Of a stretch of DNA of 64,000 nt, positions 49,473 to 59,599 are shown piece by piece; the first letter of the stretch is position 1, and each line of letters starts with the position of its first letter. The position numbers and the translations under genes are program-made. Below the pieces are notes generated by a model that was given only the letters and a program-made list of their open reading frames with translations, searched no databases and was not told the origin of the DNA. This DNA is from Desulfurococcales archaeon. GTDB lineage: Archaea > Thermoproteota > Thermoprotei_A > Sulfolobales > Desulfurococcaceae. Location of the stretch: positions 320,001-384,000 of the forward strand of contig JALVYU010000031.1 in the NCBI GenBank assembly GCA_027022365.1, written 5' to 3'.

Positions 49473-50462
49473 CTACTTTACAAGAGAGTTATGGCAAGCG
49501 ACATAGTGATTGGGGCTTACCTCGCGTAGCTCAGGCTCTATGGTGCTGCATTGCTTGGTTGCGAAGGGGCATCTTGTGTGAAATCTGCATCCTGGTGGCG
49601 GGTTCTTGGGGTCTGGTATGTCTCCCTTGATCTTTAGTCTTTCTCTTTCTCTCTTCCTTATGCTTGGCACGGCGTCTATGAGTGCTTTTGTGTAGGGGTG
49701 TGCGGGGTTGTTTATGACTTCTTCTGTGGGGCCTATCTCCACTATTTTCCCTAGGTACATGACTGCTATGCGGTCACTGACTATTCTTCCGACGCCTATG
49801 TCGTGTGTTATGAAGAGTGTTGATAGCCGGTATTCTCTGCGGAAGCTTTCGAGCAGGTCTAGTATTGATGCTCTCATCGACACGTCTATCATTGATACTG
49901 CCTCGTCGGCAACGATGAACTCTGGCTTCAGTATCATGGCTCTAGCGATGACTACTCTCTGCCTCTGGCCTCCGCTGAGGTGGTGTGGTAGTCTCTCGTA
50001 GAACTCCTCTGGTGGTGTTAGGCCTACGCGTTTGAGCATTGCTAGTACTTGTTCGCGTGCCTCATTCTTTGTCGCCAATCCGTGTATTATGAGTGGCTCT
50101 GCTATCTGATCCCCTATCTTGATCCTCGGGTTGAGGCTGGCGTATGGGTCCTGGTATATCATCTGCATGTGTCTGCGGAGGGGTCTGAGCTCTTTCCTAT
50201 TGAGCTTCGTGATGTCTCTGCCCTTGAATATTATCTGTCCGCCGCTGGGCTCCTCAAGCCTTAGCACCAGCCTGCCTGTCGTGGTTTTGCCGCACCCGCT
50301 CTCTCCTATGAGGGATAGCGTCTCGCCCCTCTTGATAGTGAAGCTTATCCCATCCACTGCTCTAACGTATTCTTGGCCGTGCCCCCTGATCATGTCGAGC
50401 AGCGTCCTGGTCACCGGGAAGTATTTCCTCAGGTCCTTGACAACTAGGACGGGCTCCACCAT
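49473..50462 (-). CDS. oppF: Oligopeptide/dipeptide ABC transporter ATP-binding protein
   Basis: GESGCGKTT, QDPYASLNPR, LSGGQRQR, HPYT, PPPGCRFHTRC. Confidence 0.93.
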   Translation of the reverse strand: MVEPVLVVKDLRKYFPVTRTLLDMIRGHGQEYVRAVDGISFTIKRGETLSLIGESGCGKTTTGRLVLRLEEPSGGQIIFKGRDITKLNRKELRPLRRHMQMIYQDPYASLNPRIKIGDQIAEPLIIHGLATKNEAREQVLAMLKRVGLTPPEEFYERLPHHLSGGQRQRVVIARAMILKPEFIVADEAVSMIDVSMRASILDLLESFRREYRLSTLFITHDIGVGRIVSDRIAVMYLGKIVEIGPTEEVINNPAHPYTKALIDAVPSIRKRERERLKIKGDIPDPKNPPPGCRFHTRCPFATKQCSTIEPELREVSPNHYVACHNSLVK

Positions 50463-50468
50463 ACCTGC

Positions 50469-51437
50469 TCACCCCTCGACCCCGCTTGATCCAGCCTTAT
50501 GACAGGCTACGCAGTGTTCTCCCAAACACCTTAGGACGGGTTCTTCCCTCCTACACCTATCGTCGGCATAGCGGCAGCGCGGATGAAACCTGCATCCCGG
50601 CGGCGGGCTCCGTAGGTCCGGCGGGTAGCCTGGTATGCTCTCGATCTTCTTGGGGCCCCATAGGTCTGGAACGCTTTTGAGGAGTCCCCGGGTGTATGGG
50701 TGCTGGGGGTTATCCACTATCTCTTCAACCGGGCCCTCCTCGACGAGTTTACCGGCATACATGACCGCTATCCTGTCGCTCCGCTCCGCAGCTAGTGCTA
50801 GGTCGTGTGTGATGAACAATATGCTTGTCCCCTCCTTCTTGAAGCTCTGCAGCAGATCCATTATCGTGTCCTGGACTATGACGTCAAGCGCAGTGGTGGG
50901 TTCATCAGCTATGAGTAGTTTGGGCTTGAGGGCCACCGCTATAGCGATCGCGACACGCTGTCTCTGGCCACCACTCATCTGGTGAGGGTAGGCGCTGATC
51001 TTGTCGCGTGGGATCCCCACTCTCTCAAGCACCTCTCCAGCTTTCTCTAGGGCTTCCTTCTTCTTCATGCCTAGATGCGTCATGTAGACCTCCGCTATCT
51101 GATCACCTATCCTCCTGAGCGGGTCAAGGCTTGTCATCGGGTCTTGGAATACTACCCCGATCTCTCTGCCGAGGATCCGTCTGAAATCTCTCGCACTCAT
51201 GCCGAGCAGGTCTCTGCCATCAAATATTATCTTGCCGCCGACGATTTTTCCAGGTGGGCTTATGAGCCTAACTATGCTGTACGCCATTGTGCTCTTCCCA
51301 CAACCGCTCTCGCCTACTATGCTGAGCCACTCGCCCGGCTTTAGCTTGAGGGATACATGGTCTACCGCCCTGACCACTCCCGTTAATGTATAGTACTTGA
51401 CCACCAGGTCCCTTATTTCGAGGAGATATCCAGGCAT
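50469..51437 (-). CDS. oppD: Oligopeptide/dipeptide ABC transporter ATP-binding protein
   Basis: GESGCGKST, FQDPMTSLDP, YPHQMSGGQRQR, ADEPTTALDV. Confidence 0.93.
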   Translation of the reverse strand: MPGYLLEIRDLVVKYYTLTGVVRAVDHVSLKLKPGEWLSIVGESGCGKSTMAYSIVRLISPPGKIVGGKIIFDGRDLLGMSARDFRRILGREIGVVFQDPMTSLDPLRRIGDQIAEVYMTHLGMKKKEALEKAGEVLERVGIPRDKISAYPHQMSGGQRQRVAIAIAVALKPKLLIADEPTTALDVIVQDTIMDLLQSFKKEGTSILFITHDLALAAERSDRIAVMYAGKLVEEGPVEEIVDNPQHPYTRGLLKSVPDLWGPKKIESIPGYPPDLRSPPPGCRFHPRCRYADDRCRREEPVLRCLGEHCVACHKAGSSGVEG

Positions 51438-51448
51438 CCGTGCTCACC

Positions 51449-52321
51449 CTAGATCGACTGTGCCAGGCTGAGTCTCTCGCTTAGAGCCTCGCCTATCAGG
51501 GCGAACCCCATTGCGAGGAGCATGACCGATAGTCCCGGGAAGAATACCAGCCACCACTGCCCGTTCAGGAAGAACGGCTGCCCGACTCTCAGGTCGTATC
51601 CCCAATCAGGTGTTGGGGGAGTTACCGAGAGCCCTAGGAAGCTGAGGCCGGCCTCCGTCAATATGGCGTCGGCGACGCTGAGGCTGAATACAACCAGTAT
51701 CGTGTGTGCTAGGTTGGGGAGTATGTGTCTCAGCATTATCCTCTTATCCGGTATTCCTAGGGCGTGCGCTGCATCGATGAACAACTGGTTCTTGATGCTC
51801 AGTGTCTGGCCACGTATCATTCTGAAGTATGTCGGTATATAGACGAAGGCTATTGCTATAGCGGTGTTCATAGGGCTCGGCCCGAGCACCGCGGCTATGG
51901 CTATTGCCAGTATTAGTGCGGGGAAACTGTACATGCTGTCCATGAACATGCTCAGCACACGGTCGATCTTCCCTCCCCTGTAGCCGCTCAGTAGTCCGAG
52001 CGGTATCCCTATCGCCATGCTTAGTAGTGTCGCGCTGAACACTACGTAGAGGACTATCCTGCTACCCCAAACTATCCTTGAGAACACGTCCTGGCCTATC
52101 CTGTTGGTCCCCATGAGGTGCTTGAGGCTTGGGGGCAGGAAGGGCTTGTCCACCATCTTGGTTGGGTCGTAGGGGCTTATCCACGGCGCGAAGACCGCCA
52201 TCCCTATGAATAGGAGGACTATGGCTAGCCCTGCGAGTAGTAGGCCCCTCCCGGGGAGGCGGCTGGTGAGCTGCTTTGCCAGCGGGGATAGGAGGCTCTT
52301 GGGCTTGATCCTCGTCTCCAT
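51449..52321 (-). CDS. oppC: Oligopeptide/dipeptide ABC transporter permease
   Basis: PPSLKHLMGT...GQDVFSR, RHILPN, EAGLSFLGL...PDWG. Confidence 0.93.
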   Translation of the reverse strand: METRIKPKSLLSPLAKQLTSRLPGRGLLLAGLAIVLLFIGMAVFAPWISPYDPTKMVDKPFLPPSLKHLMGTNRIGQDVFSRIVWGSRIVLYVVFSATLLSMAIGIPLGLLSGYRGGKIDRVLSMFMDSMYSFPALILAIAIAAVLGPSPMNTAIAIAFVYIPTYFRMIRGQTLSIKNQLFIDAAHALGIPDKRIMLRHILPNLAHTILVVFSLSVADAILTEAGLSFLGLSVTPPTPDWGYDLRVGQPFFLNGQWWLVFFPGLSVMLLAMGFALIGEALSERLSLAQSI

Positions 52322-52334
52322 AAGTGTTCACCTC

Positions 52335-53357
52335 CTAGTACTTGATCCTCGGGTCTAGTAGGGCGTAGATCACGTCCACTATCAGGCTTATGACGGCGAC
52401 GAAGAATGCGAAGAATATTATCGCTCCCTGTATGGAGTTGTAGTCGCGGTACTCTATCCTGTCCACTATGAATGTGCCCATGCCGGGCCAGCTGAAAGTT
52501 GTCTCGGTAAGTATTGCTCCTCCAAGCAGGATGGCGAACTGGAGCCCCATAAGGGTTATCACGGGTATAAATGCGTTTTTGAGAGCATACCATGTTATCT
52601 TGTAGCGGGGTATACCCCTTGCCTTGTAGCTCCTTATGAAGTCCATGCTGAGGACATCCACCATGTTGTTCCTGACGAGCCTGGTGTAGGCACCGCTGAG
52701 CACTATTCCCAGGGTTAGGCCCGGGAGTATCAGGTGCTTGATACTGCTTATTAGGGCTGGTATGTTCCCCGTCAAGATGCTGTCCAGCACGTATAGCCCT
52801 GTTATTGTCTGGAGGCTTATCCTCGGATCAATCCTTCCACCAGTCGGTAGAACCCCTAGTATGACGCCGAAAACATACTGTAGAATCATGCCGAACCACG
52901 GTATGAAGAGCGTGTACGCCACTATGCTGTAGATCCTCATCCCCGTGTCGATCTTGCTCCCCCTCTTCAGAGCCGCTATCATCCCGGTCACCAAGCCTAT
53001 GATCACGCTGAACGTGAACCCCCAGATGGTCAGCTCGAGGGTTGCAGGGAACCTTGTAGCGATATAGTTTATCACTGGTACACCCATGGGGGAGGCAAGC
53101 GTTACCCCGAAGTTTCCGTGGAGCACGTTCCAGAGATAGTCGAAGTACTGAATGATCAAGGGCTTGTCCAGCCCGGCCAGATGCTCTAGGTGCTTGAGCT
53201 GTTCGGGCGGAATATTCCTGGTACCCACAACCGCTAGTATGGGGTTGCCGGGGAGGATCCTTAGGAGTATGAACACTATCGTGTAGAGGATTAGGATTGT
53301 CGGGATTATCATGAGCGCCCTTACCACTATGTAGTATCCGAGGCCCTTCTTCGCCAT
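52335..53357 (-). CDS. oppB: Oligopeptide/dipeptide ABC transporter permease
   Basis: LPGNP, GLDKPL..QY, RFPATLEL, GGAILTETTFSWPGMG, LDPRI. Confidence 0.93.
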   Translation of the reverse strand: MAKKGLGYYIVVRALMIIPTILILYTIVFILLRILPGNPILAVVGTRNIPPEQLKHLEHLAGLDKPLIIQYFDYLWNVLHGNFGVTLASPMGVPVINYIATRFPATLELTIWGFTFSVIIGLVTGMIAALKRGSKIDTGMRIYSIVAYTLFIPWFGMILQYVFGVILGVLPTGGRIDPRISLQTITGLYVLDSILTGNIPALISSIKHLILPGLTLGIVLSGAYTRLVRNNMVDVLSMDFIRSYKARGIPRYKITWYALKNAFIPVITLMGLQFAILLGGAILTETTFSWPGMGTFIVDRIEYRDYNSIQGAIIFFAFFVAVISLIVDVIYALLDPRIKY

Positions 53358-53480
53358 CTATTACACCCTAATACCCTGCTCCATGATGACACCGTAAGCA
53401 CGGCTGTCTAGGGGATGGGAGAGGAAAAAGAGGATTAACCTAAGATCACCGGCTTAAAAACCGAGTGAATACGTTTATCC

Positions 53481-55172
53481 CTAGCCCTGCACCTTGTATA
53501 TCGTGTTGTACATCAGTATCATGGTGGGGCTGGGTATGATGCCACCGATATCGCTCCTTGTCACTATGAATAGCTTGCCCTGGAACAGCGGGACATATGG
53601 TACCTGCTCGGCAAGTATCTTCTGTACCTCCTCGTAGATCTTGGCGCGCTCCTGCTGATCGACTATTGTCTGCGCCTTCTCGAGCAGCTTGTTCACCGTC
53701 TCGTTGGCGAACCCTGTTCCGCTCCACCCGTTAGCGTTGCTGTCGAGGAACGGGGTCAGGTAGTCGTCGGGGTCGAGGTAGTCGGGATACCATCCCAGCA
53801 GGTATGCCTGTAGCTGTCCCTTCCTAATGTATGATACGTAGGTGCTCCACTCGGCGCTCTTGATCGTGACCTTTACCAGCCCGGTCTTCTCCCACTGCTG
53901 GGCTATGAGCTGCGCGATATCCGCCTCGGTGTCACCGTAGTGCGTCGGGGTGTACCACAGCGTTATCTCTAGGGGCTTGTCCTTGCTGTAGCCTGCCTGC
54001 TCGAGTAGCTTCTTGGCCAGCTCTATGTTGCCGTCACCATATATCTTGAAGGCGTCTATGTGGCTCCACAGCCCCTTGGGCACGAGGCTGTAGAGGGGCT
54101 CGCCAGCCCCCAGCAGTACGGTGTCGATGATCTGTTGCCTATCGATCGCAGCGGCCAACGCCTTCCTGACCAGCAGGTTGTTCGTCGGGGATACCTTGGT
54201 GTTGAAGCATATATACCTAATGAAGCTACCGGGCACCTCGATGACCTTGAACCCGCTCTGCTGCTTGAAGTACTGTATATCGGTTGGCCTCAGAGTCCTC
54301 CAGGCAATATCGATCTCGCCGCTCTCAAGCGCCAGTCTTAGAGCTGATGCGTCGCGGTAGAACTTAATGATTATCTTCTCCGTCTTGGGCTTCGGGCCGT
54401 AGTAGTACGGGTTGGCCTCGAGCACGAGCTCCACGTCACGGACGAACTTCACTATCCTGTACGGCCCTGCTCCTCCCCAGGTGGCGTCGCTCGCGATCTT
54501 GTCCTCCGGGTACTTGGGGTTAACCGGGAAGTATGGTGGTGTCGCGACTAGTGCTAGGAAGAAGCTGGTCGGCTGCTTCAGGTAGAACACCACGGTTCTA
54601 TCATCCTTGGCCACAACCTTCTCGACAAAGCTCGTCACGAGCCATGAGGGGTCTCCCTTGATCTTCATTACACGCTCAATACTCCTAACAACATCCTTTG
54701 CGGTCAGGAGGGTTCCATCGCTGAACTTGAGGTTTGGTCTGAGCACGAAAGTCCATACCTTGCCGTCACTGCTAACCGTCCAGTTCTCGGCCAGGCCAGG
54801 CACGATCTCGGTTGTTCCCGGCTTGTACTTGACGAGGCCCTCCATAACGTTGTAGAGGACCTCCCAGGTGAAGAAGTCATAAGCGTTGGCCGGGTCGAGG
54901 TCCGTAACCTTGTCGGTCACACCGATCACAATCTCGCTTGCGAGCTTCGCCTCCGTCGAACTAGCCGAGCTAGTTGGGGATGACGAAGGGGTTGATGACT
55001 CACTTGTTGTCGCAGAGGGGCTAGACGGTAACGAGGACGAAGTACTCGTAGGTGATGCGGGGGACTTGCCGGCCTGGAACGCGAAGTAGCCGGCCGCCAC
55101 GCCCACAATGATTATAGCGATGATTACCGCTATCGCTACCTGCTTAGATAAGGCTTTGAGCTTCAAGTCCAC
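53481..55172 (-). CDS. oppA: Oligopeptide/dipeptide ABC transporter substrate-binding protein (family 5)
   Basis: Class III-like signal (KA|LSKQVAIAVIIAII), Ser/Thr linker, LDPA, PGLAENW, KFSDGT.LTA.DV, GWYPDYLDPDDYL. Confidence 0.93.
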   Translation of the reverse strand: MDLKLKALSKQVAIAVIIAIIIVGVAAGYFAFQAGKSPASPTSTSSSLPSSPSATTSESSTPSSSPTSSASSTEAKLASEIVIGVTDKVTDLDPANAYDFFTWEVLYNVMEGLVKYKPGTTEIVPGLAENWTVSSDGKVWTFVLRPNLKFSDGTLLTAKDVVRSIERVMKIKGDPSWLVTSFVEKVVAKDDRTVVFYLKQPTSFFLALVATPPYFPVNPKYPEDKIASDATWGGAGPYRIVKFVRDVELVLEANPYYYGPKPKTEKIIIKFYRDASALRLALESGEIDIAWRTLRPTDIQYFKQQSGFKVIEVPGSFIRYICFNTKVSPTNNLLVRKALAAAIDRQQIIDTVLLGAGEPLYSLVPKGLWSHIDAFKIYGDGNIELAKKLLEQAGYSKDKPLEITLWYTPTHYGDTEADIAQLIAQQWEKTGLVKVTIKSAEWSTYVSYIRKGQLQAYLLGWYPDYLDPDDYLTPFLDSNANGWSGTGFANETVNKLLEKAQTIVDQQERAKIYEEVQKILAEQVPYVPLFQGKLFIVTRSDIGGIIPSPTMILMYNTIYKVQG

Positions 55173-55569
55173 TCACCCTTCATGAAGACGTTGTTTATAC
55201 ACGTATAGAGGATAGGACACAAATATAAACTTTCCCAAACAGGTGGGAGGATCATTTGTATACCTAGTTATTTATTCAATTATGTATATACGAATTGAAA
55301 AACAATATAAAAACACTCACAGAGGCTTATATAATACCGGCCTATATCCCTGCGTGATAGAGATTAAAGGTTTTCGTCACAGATGGAACCGAAAACAGTA
55401 CTAAACCAATAATATACTGGACTGGCAAACATGCGGCAGGGCACTGATCCTAGTCCTCCATCCACGACATAGCCGCCACGAATATAAAAAGGAGCCTACC
55501 AATACAAAAAAGCATCAAATACAAGAACATTTATATATAGTTATCAACAGATAAAAAAAAGGTGATATA

Positions 55570-56436
55570 GTGGCCCCCCATTCTAGGAAGAGAGCCCCAC
55601 ACATAGCGCTCATACTAGCACTCCTGCTGACCCTACCAGTACTAGTAGCGGTCAGCGTCCACGCCGCCAGCATGTACATATTCGGAACCGATAACCCGAG
55701 CCTAACATCACCAACGGAAAGCACATACATAGACAACCTACTAAATTGGATAAACAACGCCGCAAAATACGGTACCCACGGAGTCTCGAGCACAGTCGTC
55801 GATACCGGGGTGACGTCAGCCCAGATATTGTCCGCAGCGTCATCCGCGTCCGGCCCGGCGCTACTCTTCTTCGTCGGGCACGGCTACTATGAAACGATAA
55901 CCGTGGCTACCGGCACGTACACAATGTACTATATAGTCGACAACAATGAACAGCAAGTATACGATGAAGACATATATGAGCAGACGGCTGTAGGCAGATT
56001 CCACCTGGTATTCCTGCATTCCTGCTATCAGGGCCACGTCATAGGAGGAGTATTCAAGATAGGCGACTCCTACTACCACTACGGCATGCCACAGGCCTGG
56101 CTACATACATCCTTCCTATCCTCCAACGGCTACGGATCCCCAGACTACAGCGGCTACGTCTTCATAGGGTGGAGGAACGTGGCACCATTCTTGTCCTCCG
56201 ATATACTGGGCACCGATGATACGCTCTACAGGTTCATAGGGAACTTCTACGACAGCCTATTCGGATACTACACAGTAGCGGCACCAAGCGTTAACAAAGC
56301 GCTGGATTATGCTTCCCAAAAAGTGTTTGGACCTGGAATATTGTTTGGCGAATCACCGCTCTATAATGGCTTTGTTCTAGGTGGGATACAGACAAAAATG
56401 GTTGTGTATGGGGATGGGAGCTATGATGGCTGGTAG
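55570..56436 (+). CDS. Secreted protein with a clan CD (caspase/gingipain-like) His-Cys dyad
   Basis: Signal peptide; hydrophobic strand plus GHG (LLFFVGHG) and hydrophobic strand plus SC (LVFLHSCY); C-terminal MVVYGD. Confidence 0.7.
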   Translation: MAPHSRKRAPHIALILALLLTLPVLVAVSVHAASMYIFGTDNPSLTSPTESTYIDNLLNWINNAAKYGTHGVSSTVVDTGVTSAQILSAASSASGPALLFFVGHGYYETITVATGTYTMYYIVDNNEQQVYDEDIYEQTAVGRFHLVFLHSCYQGHVIGGVFKIGDSYYHYGMPQAWLHTSFLSSNGYGSPDYSGYVFIGWRNVAPFLSSDILGTDDTLYRFIGNFYDSLFGYYTVAAPSVNKALDYASQKVFGPGILFGESPLYNGFVLGGIQTKMVVYGDGSYDGW

Positions 56437-57694
56437 ATCCTCATATATCTTCGTATACGTTCTGGCCGCTATGATAGTCTTCTCGCTGCTCTCATACGGA
56501 GCGACGATCTCTGGTGCTAGTGAGGACGAGAACCAGTTCTTGAAGCCAGTGTTCATAGTCCTTAACAAGGTGTTGGGCTTCAACACGACCGGGTTCAGTG
56601 TCGCGCAGATCAGGTTTATGGGTGATGTCTACCCGGATAATCTGAAGAACATCTTCTCCTCTAACTACGATGTATTGTTGAAGAACGGGGAGAACTACAC
56701 GGTCTCTCTCGATGTTGTTTTGGTTAACCATGTGCTCGGGAGTGTAAAGTATCAGTTCTCGCTACCTCCACTTAGTGCTATTAGGCCTTTACCGAACATA
56801 ACTATGAAGAGTATCGGGAACCATGTATTGGTGAGCACTGGGTTCGTCAAGGAGTCTCTCCGCAGGGCCGCCGAGGTGATCCCGCTGATCTACGGTGATC
56901 ATGGGAGCCGCCTATACATGGTCATACGCCACACGCTCCAGAAGAGATTGCTGGGCCCATGGATCAGGGTATGGAATACCTCGGATGTGGATTACAAGAG
57001 ATATATGCGGCTGGAGGGCGATTACTGGCTAGAAGTACACTTGCTGTCCCCCACCCCGCTTGAACCGCAGGGCGCGGACGTCTACATATTTTACAGTGCT
57101 CGTCTCCCAATGGGTGTTAAGGCCAACTTCACGGTCATGCATATATCCATAATCAAGGAGAACGGCTCATGGATAATAAGCTCGTTCAGCGTGCCTCCGC
57201 AGTGCCTGAACATAAGGGTCTCCAGGTTCTCCGAGCCCCGTCACGATCTCGTGAAGAAGATGTTCGAGAAAGCCAGAACAGCGCTCGAGGCGTATCTCGA
57301 GAAGAACGGTATAGACGGCAAGATAGTGTCGATCAAGCCGTACAGCTGGGTATATCATTTAAAGGCCACCACGTATAGCCTAACCGTAATCCCGACAAAC
57401 ACGTCGATAATACTTGGAGTTGTTAAAACAAACAGTTCCACAATCTATTACGAGATAAAAGTTAACACCGAAACCCTCGTAAGTAGCGTGGAAACACTCG
57501 GAATACTAGGAAAACCCGTTGCTCCGGCTCACAGCGGCACAGCGACACCTGATGCGGGACAGCCAATGCCCTCTCAGCCCGAGTCTCAGGCGAACGGTTA
57601 TGGCATTCCGGTAAATACGGGGTTATGGGCTCTTGTTGCTGGGGCTGTCATAGTGTCTGTAGCCCTAGCCCTGTTAAGTCTTAAGAGAAAATAA
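56423..57694 (+). CDS. Membrane-anchored extracellular hypothetical protein
   Basis: Likely ATG at 56423 overlapping the upstream stop; N-terminal signal, P/Q-rich linker, C-terminal TM followed by KRK. Confidence 0.75.
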   Translation: MMAGRSSYIFVYVLAAMIVFSLLSYGATISGASEDENQFLKPVFIVLNKVLGFNTTGFSVAQIRFMGDVYPDNLKNIFSSNYDVLLKNGENYTVSLDVVLVNHVLGSVKYQFSLPPLSAIRPLPNITMKSIGNHVLVSTGFVKESLRRAAEVIPLIYGDHGSRLYMVIRHTLQKRLLGPWIRVWNTSDVDYKRYMRLEGDYWLEVHLLSPTPLEPQGADVYIFYSARLPMGVKANFTVMHISIIKENGSWIISSFSVPPQCLNIRVSRFSEPRHDLVKKMFEKARTALEAYLEKNGIDGKIVSIKPYSWVYHLKATTYSLTVIPTNTSIILGVVKTNSSTIYYEIKVNTETLVSSVETLGILGKPVAPAHSGTATPDAGQPMPSQPESQANGYGIPVNTGLWALVAGAVIVSVALALLSLKRK

Positions 57695-57821
57695 TTTTTT
57701 CCCTAGATCATCCCTTGATTGATTGTAATGGATTTTATGCGTGGTTCTTTATCCTAGATATTTTGAGATAATGTTAATATATTATTACGGCCTTATATTG
57801 TTCTGTCCAGGGTGTACATTT

Positions 57822-59087
57822 ATGGGTCTATGGGAATCCTACAAGAGATTCCCGGTGATCTATAAGATCCTTATCGGGTTCATCCTAGGCATCATTGCGG
57901 GGATTATAGTCGGTCCCGGTATTGCCGTGATCTATCCGCTGGGCACGCTATTGATCCGACTACTAAAGATGATCGTTGCACCCATTGTGCTGTTCTCACT
58001 AGTCGTTGGTGCCGCCAGTATAGCTCCTAAGAAGCTGGGAAAAATAGGTACAAAGATAATAATCTATTATCTAGCCACATCGGCTGTTGCAGTAGTGATA
58101 GGTATATTCATGGCGAGACTGTTCAACGTCGGTGCCGGCGTGAATCTCGTCAAGACCGGGGGAACACAGATCAAGGTCAGACAGCCGCCCAGCATTGTCG
58201 ATGTCCTCCTCAACATAGTCCCCACCAACCCATTCGCCGCGCTTACAGAGGGCAAGGTCCTCCAGATCATATTCTTCGCCATCGTTCTCGGCATAGCGCT
58301 CACCTACCTAATGAACAGTAAGAATGAGAGGCTAAGGAAGGCGGGCGAGACGACCTACCGTGTCTTCGACGGCCTGGCCGAGGCGATGTACAAGATAGTC
58401 AGGGGCATCCTAGAATACATGCCCATAGGAGTATTCGCGCTGATCGGCTATGTGGTTGCCAAGTATGGGCCGAAAATACTAGGTCCTCTAGCCATAGCTG
58501 TTGTAGCGCTCTATGTCGGCCTCTTCATACACATATTCCTGACCTATGGAGGTATACTCGCAGCCTTCAAACTAAACATCATCAAGTTCTTGAAGGGCGC
58601 CAAGGAGGCAATGCTGACAGCCTTCGTGACCAGGTCGTCATCAGGAACACTCCCAGTGACCATGAGGGTTGCGGATGAGAACCTCGGCGTTAAGAAGACG
58701 GTTTACTCGTTCACCCTACCACTTGGAGCAACGATCAACATGGACGGCACAGCTATGTACCAGGCAATAGCGACCTTCTTCATCGCCAACGCCCTAGGAA
58801 TACATCTAACCCTCGCCCAGCAGCTAATGATAGTAATGACAGCCGTACTGGCCTCGATAGGTACCGCTGGCGTACCGGGTGCAGGCCTTATAATGCTGGC
58901 GATGGTACTGCAGAGCGTCGGCCTACCCTTGACAGACCCTAACGTCGCGCTGGCCTACTCGATGATCGCAGGCATCGACGTCATACTAGACATGGGCAGG
59001 ACAATGGTCAATGTAACAGGAGACCTTGTAGGTACATCAATAGTTGCAAAGACGGAGGGAGAACTAGACCTGACCAAGTGGAAGTAA
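57822..59087 (+). CDS. gltP: Dicarboxylate/amino acid:cation symporter (GltPh-like aspartate/glutamate transporter)
   Basis: [61 protein letters not shown]. Confidence 0.95.
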   Translation: MGLWESYKRFPVIYKILIGFILGIIAGIIVGPGIAVIYPLGTLLIRLLKMIVAPIVLFSLVVGAASIAPKKLGKIGTKIIIYYLATSAVAVVIGIFMARLFNVGAGVNLVKTGGTQIKVRQPPSIVDVLLNIVPTNPFAALTEGKVLQIIFFAIVLGIALTYLMNSKNERLRKAGETTYRVFDGLAEAMYKIVRGILEYMPIGVFALIGYVVAKYGPKILGPLAIAVVALYVGLFIHIFLTYGGILAAFKLNIIKFLKGAKEAMLTAFVTRSSSGTLPVTMRVADENLGVKKTVYSFTLPLGATINMDGTAMYQAIATFFIANALGIHLTLAQQLMIVMTAVLASIGTAGVPGAGLIMLAMVLQSVGLPLTDPNVALAYSMIAGIDVILDMGRTMVNVTGDLVGTSIVAKTEGELDLTKWK

Positions 59088-59599
59088 GCCTCTATATAAT
59101 TATCTCAATATAATATTTCTTCTTAACTATTCATTCACTCAGGGATCAAAGAACACAGGGAGCCCGCATAATCTATTCTGAACAGCCCCATGAAGTATCC
59201 GGCGATGTAGAACAAGCTATAATGGCATTAAAACAGAGATGACAGTATTAGAGTTAGACAATATGTCCAGATGAAGACCTGGCTCCAGATATACAAGTAT
59301 AGCGGCAACGAGATCATTGGTTCTGAGAATTAGATAGGATTTTACCAATGTATTCCGCGATAATGGCCTGGGCCCTTTCAGATGAAATGAGTATTCATGA
59401 TCATATCTATGAGGAAAGAATGTTGAACGACAAGATATCCATAGAAACCATTATGAAAAACGATAAGATAATCAAATCAGCCGAGAAGATGATTGAGGAG
59501 CTCAGGAGCTGGCACTATCTAATACCACCAAGTATATCAGCGATAGAAAGACCGGGACGAGTAGAAGGAAAAACAATAATATTAAGGTAATATGAAAAA

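Noticed and set aside
59348-59590. 80-aa plus-strand ORF
   Set aside because: Better explained as the antisense shadow of a decayed minus-strand membrane gene.
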